Below are positions 1 through 8,690 of a DNA stretch of 64,000 nucleotides, one piece after another. Position numbers and translations under genes: made by a program. Within the stretch, counting starts at the first letter, position 1. Each line of letters starts with the position of its first letter. Under the pieces are notes generated by a model. That model was not told where the DNA came from, did no database searches, and saw only the letters and a program-made list of their open reading frames with translations. The stretch is from Magnetococcus sp. DMHC-6 (GTDB taxonomy: Bacteria > Pseudomonadota > Magnetococcia > Magnetococcales > JADFZT01), in assembly GCA_039908535.1 (NCBI GenBank), contig JAMOAW010000027.1, positions 10,705-74,704 of the forward strand, read 5' to 3'.

Positions 1-68
1 ATAGCAAAGGGTATCGAGTCTCTCATTTCACTGGCAGCGAGATACTTTATTTTTTTTGTTGGTTTTTT

Positions 69-914
69 ATGCAAGATCACGATCAAAAAGGCTCACTTTT
101 ATTGGATTGGATGCCGCCTGGATATAATCCACGTCACTATTTTGAGGAGGATGGGGAGTATCTGACCGACATCTCTTTTGCGGGTCATATGTCACCCCCT
201 TGGACCCGTAGGGAATTGGATCGGGTGATCTATTCCGATTCAGAATGGGGGACGCTCAAGTTTGAGGAGGTGGCCACTTGGGTTGAGCAGGATTTGCACG
301 GCCGCGACACTACAGGTTGGGGGTTGAACGCTTATTTGGATCACTCTTTGGCGTATATTGCCGCCAGGATTGGAAAAGTTGTGGAGCCTGACCTGACCAT
401 TCAGTATGATTTGAGTCAGCGTCTTTATCTGCGGATGGCTCGACGGCACAAGCTGCTGAATGGCGTGATGGCCATGAATCCCATGCCTACTCTGACAATC
501 CATGGGACACATGGTTGGGGGAAGTGGCCAGAGTATGCCCCTTATTATCGGGGGTATCTGGATGAACCTACGGCGTTGCGTCGGCTTTATCGCACCTCTC
601 GCATTAATTTGCATGAAGGTCCTGGTGTCCATTTTCGTAGCCTGGATTGCATGGCATCGGGGGGGGTGCTTTTTTTTATGGAAACGCCAGAGGATGTCTC
701 TCTGGGAAGATTGGAGAGCATCTTTCAACCTGATGTTCATTACATACATTTTACTCCAGAAAATTTTGCCGAAAAGGCGACCAAACTTCTGGAAAATCCG
801 GTTAATCTGCGTCAGATTGCGGCTAATGCTGCCCAGGAAGTACGTCAACGGCATACATGGCGTCATCGTGCCGAGAAAATTCGTGAAGATTTACTTCATA
901 TATTGGAACAATAA
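69..914 (+). CDS. Glycosyltransferase-like protein (CgeB / Glyco_trans_1_2-type C-terminal domain)
   Basis: 281-aa ORF with ATG start. The C-terminal half (INLHEGPGVHFRSLDCMASGGVLFF...IHFTPENFAEKATKLLENP...RQRHTWRHRAEKI) resembles, from memory, the CgeB-type GT domain. It sits in a sugar-modification cluster. Confidence 0.45.
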   Translation: MQDHDQKGSLLLDWMPPGYNPRHYFEEDGEYLTDISFAGHMSPPWTRRELDRVIYSDSEWGTLKFEEVATWVEQDLHGRDTTGWGLNAYLDHSLAYIAARIGKVVEPDLTIQYDLSQRLYLRMARRHKLLNGVMAMNPMPTLTIHGTHGWGKWPEYAPYYRGYLDEPTALRRLYRTSRINLHEGPGVHFRSLDCMASGGVLFFMETPEDVSLGRLESIFQPDVHYIHFTPENFAEKATKLLENPVNLRQIAANAAQEVRQRHTWRHRAEKIREDLLHILEQ

Positions 915-918
915 AAAT

Positions 919-1008
919 TAGGACCTTGGGTAGCGGAGAACCGCTACCCAATCCCCCCTCTTTATTTTTTAGGGATTCTGGGGGATTCATCCCCCAGGGT
1001 TTTGTTTT
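919..1008. repeat. Hairpin-repeat locus R1 (degenerate core A-B-C, forward)
   Basis: ggaccttgggtagcggagaaccgctacccaa ... ctgggggattcatcccccagggttttg. Same order and orientation as the cores at the other loci. Confidence 0.8.
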
Positions 1009-1062
1009 CCAAAGAATGGCGCAGATTTTTATTCACTTTAACTGATAAAAAGTTCAAAAGAT

Positions 1063-2190
1063 ATGAGCGATCAAATTGAATATTACCTTAAAATTCAACC
1101 TTTTCAGAGAGATGTCGCTGATCTGAAACTTTTTTTAAATCGTCGTAGTGCGCTTTATAGGCATTTGGGGATTGTTCCTAAATTTATTTTTCAACAATCG
1201 ATCTTGGAGTTTGGTCCTGGGTTTGGCGAAAATGCCATTTTTCCACTGTTGCAAAAACCGAGTCGATATCTGTTCGTCGATGCCATTGAAAATTGCCTGG
1301 AAAAAACCAGAGAGCGGCTCACCTCTCTCTCTTTTTCAGAAACTCAGCTGGAATATCGGTTAAGTTCTATTGAAAATTTTATGAGTACAGAGCTTTTTGA
1401 TTTGGTGATATGTGAAAGTGTCATTCCTCGTGAACCACAACCGGAAATATTATTGGCCAAGGTGGCGGAATCGGTGTCTATTGGGGGGGTGTTGGTGATT
1501 ACCTGTCAGGATCCGGTATCGACCTTTGCCGAACTGCTTCGTCGTTTATTGGCTCTTCTGGTTGTCGATCCTGAGGAGTCCTTGGAAGCAAAATTAAAAC
1601 GGTTGTTGCCTCTGTTTGATCCCCATCTCAAGACCATCCAAGGCATGACGCGCTCAAGTTCGGATTGGATCTTGGATAATCTTCTGAGACCTTGGGAAAG
1701 TGCCTCTTTTTCGATTCCTGATGCCATTCACACCTTGAAAGATCGGTTTGATATCCATGGCACCTCTCCACGTTTTATCCTTGATAGTCGTTGGTTTAGA
1801 ACGATTCATGAGGAGGATTTTGGGTTTCATGCGGTAGCTGAAAAGAGCTATTATGCCAATGTGCATAATCTTATCAATCATCGGGTTTGGACACCCTCTA
1901 TTTCGGAACAGCTCAATAAAACGCTTCTTGAACTCTGTTCTAAAATATTTCAGGAGATTCAAGCCTTTGAAGAACAACGGGATCGTCAGTTGGTGTGGTC
2001 TTTGTTGGGGGATTTGCAACAGGTGATCGATTTGGCTGCAATTTTTTCTGAGGATACCGAACGGGCTTTGCGGGATTATCATCGTGTTTTGCAAAAATAT
2101 TTGCAAGAAGGGGTGTTGGATCCTTTTGTTGAATTTGCGCCTCTCTTTGGACGTGGTCAGCAGTATGTGAGTTTTATTCGTCGTTGTTGA
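1063..2190 (+). CDS. Class I SAM-dependent methyltransferase
   Basis: 375-aa ORF. Motif I-like ILEFGPGFGENA, followed by a DLVICESV acidic/hydrophobic motif. Confidence 0.6.
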   Translation: MSDQIEYYLKIQPFQRDVADLKLFLNRRSALYRHLGIVPKFIFQQSILEFGPGFGENAIFPLLQKPSRYLFVDAIENCLEKTRERLTSLSFSETQLEYRLSSIENFMSTELFDLVICESVIPREPQPEILLAKVAESVSIGGVLVITCQDPVSTFAELLRRLLALLVVDPEESLEAKLKRLLPLFDPHLKTIQGMTRSSSDWILDNLLRPWESASFSIPDAIHTLKDRFDIHGTSPRFILDSRWFRTIHEEDFGFHAVAEKSYYANVHNLINHRVWTPSISEQLNKTLLELCSKIFQEIQAFEEQRDRQLVWSLLGDLQQVIDLAAIFSEDTERALRDYHRVLQKYLQEGVLDPFVEFAPLFGRGQQYVSFIRRC

Positions 2191-2195
2191 AAAAT

Positions 2196-2343
2196 GAAAA
2201 TCAAGACCTTGGGGGCCCAGAACCGCCCCCCAATTCCCCCCACCTTTTTTTTTAATTCTTAAAAAAAAGAGGGGGTCTGGGGGATTCATCCCCCAGGGTT
2301 TGGCCTTTGATTTTTTTTTGCCCGAAGGGCATCATGTTCGAAT
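2196..2343. repeat. Hairpin-repeat locus R2 (core A-B-C + F module)
   Basis: aagaccttggggg..ccgccccccaattcccccc-T9-aattctt-A8-gagggggtctgggggattcatcccccaggg, followed by ttgcccgaagggcatcatgttcg. Lies between convergent genes. Confidence 0.9.
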
Positions 2344-2345
2344 GA

Positions 2346-3491
2346 TTATGACCAAGGAAAGTTTTGTAGGGCGGCAATGACGTGATCTACCTGTGAATCG
2401 GTCATTTCAGGATAAATGGGTAATGATAAAACCTCCTTGGCAATGCGTTCGGTCTGCGGTAGCTGGATATTTTTAAAAGGTAGGGCGGCTTGCTGGTGGA
2501 GAGGTGGCCACCAATGGGCCATGGTTTCCACCCCTTGGCGGCGTAGATGGTTGGCCAGGCGGTCCCGTTCTGGGTAGCGAATGACGTAAGAGTTAAAAAT
2601 ATCCCAATAGGGGGTGTTTTTCTCCTCTGGGGAAGGGGGGAGGCGGATGGCCGTGATGTTTTGTAAACCGGCGCAATAGCAGCGGGCAATATGTCGTCTA
2701 CGCTCCAGAAAAAATGGTAAATGGTCGAACCGTTCCAGTAGAATGGCGGCTTGCAGGGTATCCAGTCGACTGTTGTAGCCATATTGAATCAGGTGGGTTT
2801 TGTTTTCGAGGCCATGGTTGCGCAATAGGCGTATTTGGCGGGCTATGTGCGGGTCGTTGGTGGTGACCAATCCGCCATCACCACAGCAGGCCAAGACTTT
2901 CATTGGATGAAAACTGAAGGCCCCTGCCAAACCAAAACTACCGGCATGTCGACCTTCATAGCAGGCACCAAAGGCTTGGGCGGCATCTTCTATCACCACC
3001 AAGTTGTGTTGTTGCGCGATTTTTAAAATAGGTGTCATGGGACAGCATCGCCCGTTGAGATGAACCGGGATGATGCCACGGGTTTGTGGGGTGATGGCTT
3101 TTTCTAACTGGTTTGGATCCATGGTAAAATTTTGATCGATATCGACTAAAATGGGGGTAGCCCCACAGCGATGGATGGCGGCTAAGGTGGCGACAAAGGT
3201 ATGGGCAACGGTAATCACCTCATCTGCGGGACCAATTCCCGCCGCTTGCAGAGCAAAATAAATGGCATCGCTGCCATTGCCAACGCCAATGGCATGGTCC
3301 ACACCGAGAAAATCGGCCGATTTTTTTTCAAGTTCTTCTACTTCATCTCGCAAAATTAACCGGGCATCGGCACAGACATCTTCCATGCGCGCTAAAAGGG
3401 CGTGTCGATGTTGTTGAAAGGCCAAGCGCATATCAATATAGGGAACCTGCCATTTTGGCGTGGAAGAGAGATTTTGTGGGGAATCGGTCAT
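2346..3491 (-). CDS. DegT/DnrJ/EryC1/StrS-family PLP-dependent sugar aminotransferase
   Basis: 381 aa. Family-typical GNGSDAIYFALQA, DAAQAFGA, and SFHPMKVL containing the PLP lysine. Confidence 0.85.
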   Translation of the reverse strand: MTDSPQNLSSTPKWQVPYIDMRLAFQQHRHALLARMEDVCADARLILRDEVEELEKKSADFLGVDHAIGVGNGSDAIYFALQAAGIGPADEVITVAHTFVATLAAIHRCGATPILVDIDQNFTMDPNQLEKAITPQTRGIIPVHLNGRCCPMTPILKIAQQHNLVVIEDAAQAFGACYEGRHAGSFGLAGAFSFHPMKVLACCGDGGLVTTNDPHIARQIRLLRNHGLENKTHLIQYGYNSRLDTLQAAILLERFDHLPFFLERRRHIARCYCAGLQNITAIRLPPSPEEKNTPYWDIFNSYVIRYPERDRLANHLRRQGVETMAHWWPPLHQQAALPFKNIQLPQTERIAKEVLSLPIYPEMTDSQVDHVIAALQNFPWS

Positions 3492-3615
3492 TTTGTTTTC
3501 TTGTCTGGTTAGGTTGTGTGAACGGATGCGGTGGGTGTAGATTGCTACCCTTATAGATTTTCTGCTATATGTTACGTTTTATAAATTCAGTTTGCAAGTT
3601 TGCAGGGGAGAATTT

Positions 3616-3886
3616 ATACCAATTTGCGTTCAATAAGGTATTATTGGAGGGGTCCGGGAAGCGTCACGCTCCCCGGCGGGTTTGGAGGCAGAGCCTCCAA
3701 GGTCTTGTTTTTAATTTTTCCCATAGGCGTGATGTTTACGACAAAATTAAGACCTTGGGGGGCGGAGAACCGCCCCCCAACTCCCCCCACCCTTTTTTTT
3801 TAAATCTTAAAAAAAAGAGGGGGTCTGGGGATTCATCCCCCAGGGTTTTGTTTTTTATTTTTTACCCGCAGGGCATCATGTTCGAT
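3616..3886. repeat. Hairpin-repeat locus R3 (inverted outer module + core A-B-C + F)
   Basis: 3616-3748 is the reverse complement of the outer part of R10 (ataccaatttgcgttcaataaggtattattggagggg..ccggggagcgtgacgctccccgg..ttggaggcagagcctccaa). 3749-3850 is a near-perfect core. Lies in a divergent intergenic region. Confidence 0.9.
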
Positions 3887-3928
3887 AAACAGAAGAATTG
3901 GGTTATTGTTGGGAGTGTGAGTTAAGCT

Positions 3929-4909
3929 ATGGAGGAACTATCTGGTTATTCGTTGGATTTGCCTGCGTTGTATTATGGCATGTTGCGTATTCGTCGTATT
4001 GAAGAGGCTATCGCCAAGCGATACGTTGAACAGGAAATGCGTTGTCCGGTTCATCTGTGTATTGGTGAAGAGGCGGTGGCCGTCGGGGTATGTCACGCCT
4101 TGACACCACAGGATGTGGTTTTTGGCAACCATCGTTCCCATGGCCATTTTTTGGCCAAGGGGGGGTGTTTAAATCGTATGATGGCAGAGATTTATGGCAA
4201 AGCCAGTGGATGTTGCGGTGGTCGGGGGGGGTCTATGCATTTGATAGACCAAGAAGCGGGTTTTTTGGGTGCGGTCCCCATCGTGGGTGGAACAGTGCCA
4301 TTGGCGGTTGGGGCGGCTTGGGCGGCGCAACTGAGAAGGGAAAATCGGGTTGCGGTTGTCTTTTTTGGCGATGGTTGCTTTGAAGAGGGGGTCCTCCACG
4401 AATCAATGAATTTTGCCGCTTTAAAAAAACTGCCCGTTTTGTTTGTCTGTGAAAATAATCGCTTGTCGGTTTATACCCGCATTGAAGAGCGTCAACCCGA
4501 CCGTCCGATCCATGCCATTGCTGCGGCCCATGGGCTTGGGGTTTGGTGTGGGGATGGCAATGATGTTGAAACGGTGGCCAGGCAGGCGGGTTCAGCGGTT
4601 GCTCTGGCGCGTCAAGGTGAGGGACCGCAATTTTTAGAGTTTATGACCGATCGTTGGTTGGGGCATGTTGGGCCAGACTTTGACGATGACTTAGGCTACC
4701 GTCCCAATGAGTGCCAAGCAGATCGGTTGCAACGCTGTCCTCTCAAACGGGCTGGAGCTACCTTGGAACGGCAGTTTGGCTGGAAGGCAGAAAAATTTGC
4801 CGCCCTGGAGGCCTTGATTCAGGAGGAGGTGGCGCAGGCTTGGCGTTTTGTTCGGGAGAGTCCAAATCCCAATCCACAGACCAGGGGAGATTTTTCCTAT
4901 GCAGAGTGA
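3929..4909 (+). CDS. Thiamine-diphosphate-dependent 2-oxoacid dehydrogenase E1 component, alpha subunit-like
   Basis: 326 aa. TPP motif GDG-x(25)-NN (FFGDGCFEEG...LFVCENN). Paired with a beta subunit directly downstream. Confidence 0.8.
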   Translation: MEELSGYSLDLPALYYGMLRIRRIEEAIAKRYVEQEMRCPVHLCIGEEAVAVGVCHALTPQDVVFGNHRSHGHFLAKGGCLNRMMAEIYGKASGCCGGRGGSMHLIDQEAGFLGAVPIVGGTVPLAVGAAWAAQLRRENRVAVVFFGDGCFEEGVLHESMNFAALKKLPVLFVCENNRLSVYTRIEERQPDRPIHAIAAAHGLGVWCGDGNDVETVARQAGSAVALARQGEGPQFLEFMTDRWLGHVGPDFDDDLGYRPNECQADRLQRCPLKRAGATLERQFGWKAEKFAALEALIQEEVAQAWRFVRESPNPNPQTRGDFSYAE

Positions 4910-5987
4910 ATCAGCTATGGAACAAGAGATAACCTTTGCCCAAGCGATCCAGGAGGGATTGCGACAAGCCATGGAGCGTTATCCAGAGGTGATGGTGATG
5001 GGGGAGGGTGTTCCTGATCCAAAAAACATTTTTAAAACCACCGAAGGCTTAAGAGCACTTTTTGGTGGTGATCGGGTTTTGGATATGCCCCTGGCGGAAA
5101 ATGGCATGACCGGGGTTTGTATTGGTTTGGCCTTATCGGGATTTCGACCGGTATTGGTGCACCAACGTGTCGATTTTGCTCTTCTTTCTATGGATCAACT
5201 GATTAATAATGCCGCTAAATGGCACTATGTGTTTAATGGTCAGGTCACGGTTCCCCTGGTGGTGCGTTTATTGATTGGTCGCGGTTGGGGGCAAGGCCCC
5301 CAGCATGCGCAAAGTTTGCAGGCCTTGTTTGCGCATATTCCTGGTTTAAAGGTGGTGATGCCAACAACGCCTCGGGATGCCAAGGGGATGTTGATTCGGG
5401 CCATTTGTGACAATAATCCGGTGTTGTTTTTAGAGCATCGCTGGCTGCATGGTTTAAAGGGGAGGGTGCCTATGGGATATTATGAGACCTCTTTAGATCA
5501 AGCGCAGATTTTGCGTACCGGTGGTGCTGTCACGGTGGCGACCTTTTCTTATATGACGATTGAGGCCCTGGCGGTGGCAGATGTTTTGGCCGATTTTGGG
5601 GTAGAGGTTACGATTATCGACATGCGTTCGGCCCGACCTATGGACATGCAACCGGTTTTGGCCTCTCTTCAAAAGACGGGACGGTTGCTTGTTTTGGATA
5701 CGGGTTGGGCTTCGTGTGGGGTGAGTGCTGAATTATTGGCTCGTGTTGTTGAGCAGGGGTTTGCCTCTCTACGTTGTCCCCCATTGCGTATTACTTTGCC
5801 AGACCATCCCGTACCCACCGCTGAATATTTGACCAATGATTATTATCCCGATGGGGAAGATATTTTGCGTGGCATTCTTAAATTGGTGGATGCTGATCGA
5901 AGCTGGCCCTTGGAGGCACTTTTGCAAAGGGTGCGTTTGACTGGCCATCGGGATGTTCCCAATCCGGCTTTTGTGGGGCCGTTTTAA
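4899..5987 (+). CDS. E1 component beta subunit-like (transketolase-like pyrimidine-binding and C-terminal domains)
   Basis: The ORF track starts at 4848. The ATG at 4899 (MQSESAMEQEITFAQAI..GEGV) overlaps the alpha-subunit stop by 11 nt and matches typical E1-beta N-termini. Confidence 0.8.
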   Translation: MQSESAMEQEITFAQAIQEGLRQAMERYPEVMVMGEGVPDPKNIFKTTEGLRALFGGDRVLDMPLAENGMTGVCIGLALSGFRPVLVHQRVDFALLSMDQLINNAAKWHYVFNGQVTVPLVVRLLIGRGWGQGPQHAQSLQALFAHIPGLKVVMPTTPRDAKGMLIRAICDNNPVLFLEHRWLHGLKGRVPMGYYETSLDQAQILRTGGAVTVATFSYMTIEALAVADVLADFGVEVTIIDMRSARPMDMQPVLASLQKTGRLLVLDTGWASCGVSAELLARVVEQGFASLRCPPLRITLPDHPVPTAEYLTNDYYPDGEDILRGILKLVDADRSWPLEALLQRVRLTGHRDVPNPAFVGPF

Positions 5988-6004
5988 CCTGTAGGGATAA
6001 AATA

Positions 6005-7033
6005 ATGGATCATCACATGCGCATTTCCAAACCCATTGCCGTTGTGACCGGTGGAGCTGGATTTATCGGCAGTCATATGAACGATTTATTGCTGGATGAG
6101 GGATATCGGGTTCGGGTTGTGGACAATCTCTCTGGAGGACATGTGGGCAATTTGGCTCATCATGCCAATAATCCCGATTTAACTTTGGAAGAGCGGGACA
6201 TTTGCACGGTTTCTCCGCAGGATGGGGTGTTTAAAGGGGCGCGACTGGTGATCCATTTCGCTGGGATTGGCGATATTATTCCTTCAATTGAAGCCCCACT
6301 GGATTATATGTCTACCAATGTGCAGGGGACAATACGGGTTTTGGAGGGGGCGCGTTGGGCTGGTGTCGATAAATTTGTCTATGCGGCCTCCTCTTCTTGT
6401 TATGGTTTGGCGACCACCCCCACCCGTGAGGATCATCCGGTTGCGCCGCAATATCCATATGCTTTGAGTAAAAATTTGGGTGAACAAGCGGTTTTTCATT
6501 GGCATCAGGTCTATCGTTTGCCTGTGAATTCGTTGCGTATTTTTAATGCTTATGGTACCCGAGTACGGACAACGGGTGCTTATGGGGCCGTGTTTGGGGT
6601 GTTTTTTAAACAAAAGTTGGCTGGATTGCCTTTTACAGTGGTTGGTGATGGTCTCCAGAGTCGGGATTTTATTTATGTAACGGATGTGGCGGCGGCTTTT
6701 TATGCAGCGGCCAAGAGTACCTATTCTGGAAAGATTTATAATCTTGGAGCGGGTGCCCCGCAGACCATTTTGCGTTTGGTGGAGCTGTTGGGTGGGGATT
6801 GGATCTCTATTCCCAAACGGCCTGGGGAACCAGATTGTACCTGGGCCGATATCGGTAAGATCACCCGTGAGCTGGGTTGGAGACCGCAGGTCGATTTTGC
6901 CGCTGGAGTGGCAAAAATGGTCGCTGAAATTGAAAATTGGCGGGATGCGCCGCTTTGGGATCCCGATTCCATTGCTATGGCGACTCAAACTTGGTTTAAA
7001 TATTTGCATAAAGATTCGAACATCGCCTCTTAA
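6005..7033 (+). CDS. NAD-dependent sugar epimerase/dehydratase (extended SDR)
   Basis: 342 aa. Rossmann motif VTGGAGFIGSH and catalytic YxxxK (YALSK). Confidence 0.85.
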   Translation: MDHHMRISKPIAVVTGGAGFIGSHMNDLLLDEGYRVRVVDNLSGGHVGNLAHHANNPDLTLEERDICTVSPQDGVFKGARLVIHFAGIGDIIPSIEAPLDYMSTNVQGTIRVLEGARWAGVDKFVYAASSSCYGLATTPTREDHPVAPQYPYALSKNLGEQAVFHWHQVYRLPVNSLRIFNAYGTRVRTTGAYGAVFGVFFKQKLAGLPFTVVGDGLQSRDFIYVTDVAAAFYAAAKSTYSGKIYNLGAGAPQTILRLVELLGGDWISIPKRPGEPDCTWADIGKITRELGWRPQVDFAAGVAKMVAEIENWRDAPLWDPDSIAMATQTWFKYLHKDSNIAS

Positions 7034-7040
7034 ATCAATA

Positions 7041-7292
7041 TCTGGGTGGGCGGAGAACCGCCCCCCAGACCCCCTCTTTTTTTTAAGTCTTAAAAAAAAG
7101 AGGGGGTCTGGGGGATTCATCCCCCAGGGTTTTGATTTTGTAACCGTTCAGATAAAAAAATCAAAAACAAGACCTTGGGGGATTGCATCCCCCAACCCCC
7201 CTGCTATTTGAAGAAAGCAAAACCGAATTCAAAAGCAAAGTCAAAAGCAAAGTCAAACCCCTGGGGGCAATCCCCCAGACCCCTTTTTTTTA
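7041..7292. repeat. Hairpin-repeat locus R4 (core A-B-C followed by an E-D-C' element)
   Basis: Core at 7041-7135. 7166-7285 (aagaccttgggggattgcatcccccaa ... ctgggggcaatcccccag) is the reverse complement of the C'-D-E stretch seen in R5, R6 and R9. Confidence 0.9.
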
Positions 7293-7315
7293 TTAATATA
7301 TGAACGTTGGTCTCC

Positions 7316-7348
7316 AAAAAGCCTGCCTTTTGTGCAGGCTTTTTTTTA
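7316..7348 (+). terminator. Rho-independent terminator (bidirectional shape)
   Basis: aaaaaGCCTGCcttttgtGCAGGCtttttttt. Lies downstream of repeat locus R4 and the epimerase gene. Confidence 0.7.
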
Positions 7349-7466
7349 TGGAAATATGGGCTGGCATCCATTTTTTCTCTCAAGTCGAGAAAAGAAAATC
7401 CGATAAAAAGAATAAGTGTATTTTTACCTATTTTCTCTAAAGGTCAAATGGCCTGTTTAAATTTAT

Positions 7467-7493
7467 TCAAGTCCAAGCCATCACAGCCGATAA
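7467..7493 (+). promoter_or_regulatory. Candidate sigma-28 (FliA) promoter upstream of the first flagellin
   Basis: TCAA-N15-GCCGATAA against the consensus TAAA-N15-GCCGATAA (-10 element 8/8, -35 element 3/4). It would give a ~230-nt leader. Confidence 0.4.
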
Positions 7494-7671
7494 ATAGAAT
7501 AGGGTAGATTTTATCTAAATCAAGGCAAGGAGAGCTATAAGAAGAGTCTCAGAGAAATAATTGTGAATGATATTGGTAAGTGCAGATGGTAAAGGCATGT
7601 TTTATTGTCCTTGTTATTTTAGCTAAAAAACGGGTTGGACTGGCCCTTTAAAATGAACAGTTCATCATGCC

Positions 7672-7723
7672 AAGGAAGGGTGTCTGAAAAAAAATTTTCA
7701 GACTAACTTTGATTTTTAGGAGG
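7672..7723 (+). promoter_or_regulatory. Flagellin 5' leader: GGA motif, hairpin, GGA-containing SD (CsrA-type two-site layout)
   Basis: AAGGAAGG at 7672-7679, hairpin gtctgaaaa/ttttcagac at 7682-7703, AGGAGG at 7718-7723, ATG at 7732. The block is conserved upstream of the paralog at 8635-8681. Confidence 0.4.
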
Positions 7724-7731
7724 AAAAACAG

Positions 7732-8577
7732 ATGTCTCTTACAATTAATAGCAATGTGGCAGCCTTGAGTGCGCAACGTCATATGAATAATACGACAAAT
7801 GCGCTGCAAAAAGTCTATACCCGTCTCTCTTCTGGGTTGCGCGTAAATAGCGCGGCGGATGATGCGGCTGGACTCTCTATCTCCAATCGTATGACGGCGC
7901 AAATTCGTGGTATGAATCAGGCCGTTCGCAATGCCAACGATGCCATCTCAATGGTTCAGGTGGCGGAAGGTGCTTTGGATGAAACGACCAATGCCTTGCA
8001 ACGTATTCGGGAACTGGCGGTCCAGGCCTCGAACGGGACGTTGACCAGTACAGATCGGTCGGATCTTCAGAAAGAGGTGGATCAGTTGATTGCAGAAGTG
8101 GATCGGATTGCAACGACCACTGAGTTTAACAATCAAGCCATGTTGCAAGGAAGTATGTCGGCGGGTAGAACTTTTCAGATTGGTAACGACGCCAATCAAA
8201 CGATTCGGGTCTCTATTGGGGCGGTCACATCGACGGCTTTGGGACTGGCGACGGTTTCTATGGGTGCGGGTGGTGCCAGTGCTGGGGTGGCGATTTCACT
8301 TGCCGGGGCCGCTATTACCGCTATGGATAGTGCTTTGGATTCGGTCTCGGCCATTCGTTCGACATTGGGTGCGTTTCAAAACCGTTTTGAGGCAACGATT
8401 TCTAGCCTTACCAATATTTCAGAAAACACCTCTGCGGCCCAATCGCGCATTATGGATGCAGATATTGCCGCAGAAACGGCCAATTTGACCCGTTATTCCA
8501 TTCTGCAACAGGCGGGCGTGGCGGTTATGGCTCAGGCCAATCAGCAACCTCAAATTGCGTTACGGTTGCTCAGTTAA
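7732..8577 (+). CDS. fliC: Flagellin (short, 281 aa)
   Basis: Conserved flagellin N-terminus ([24 protein letters not shown]) and C-terminus (NRFEATI...[32 protein letters not shown]). Confidence 0.95.
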   Translation: MSLTINSNVAALSAQRHMNNTTNALQKVYTRLSSGLRVNSAADDAAGLSISNRMTAQIRGMNQAVRNANDAISMVQVAEGALDETTNALQRIRELAVQASNGTLTSTDRSDLQKEVDQLIAEVDRIATTTEFNNQAMLQGSMSAGRTFQIGNDANQTIRVSIGAVTSTALGLATVSMGAGGASAGVAISLAGAAITAMDSALDSVSAIRSTLGAFQNRFEATISSLTNISENTSAAQSRIMDADIAAETANLTRYSILQQAGVAVMAQANQQPQIALRLLS

Positions 8578-8634
8578 TTGGTGGTGCTGGAGAATGGGTT
8601 GGGTCGACCATTTAAAATGAATGGCCTATAAATA

Positions 8635-8681
8635 CCAAGGAAGGTTGTCTGTTTGTTTGCAGACTCATTTTTTGATAGGAG
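8635..8681 (+). promoter_or_regulatory. Flagellin 5' leader (paralogous to 7672-7723)
   Basis: ccAAGGAAGG at 8635-8644, hairpin gtctg..cagac at 8647-8664, AGGAG at 8677-8681, ATG at 8691. Confidence 0.4.
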
Positions 8682-8690
8682 AAATACCTC

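Noticed and set aside
240-921. Antisense 208-aa ORF (240-866) and the alternative-frame ORF (502-921) within the first gene.
   Set aside because: The 69-914 frame carries the only recognisable domain pattern. The others are Arg/Pro/Ile-rich with no start context.
1654-7120. Recurrent ORFs beginning MNPPDPLFFLR[IL]KKK (1654-2289, 6284-7120, also 30644-30961) and other ORFs inside the repeats (3569-3925, 9607-9904, 22576-22824, 36218-36412, 48354-48581).
   Set aside because: The shared peptide is simply the translation of the repeated DNA core (gggggattcatccccc..aaaaaaaagaggggg). These ORFs run antisense into real genes or lie wholly inside repeat arrays, and they have no RBS.
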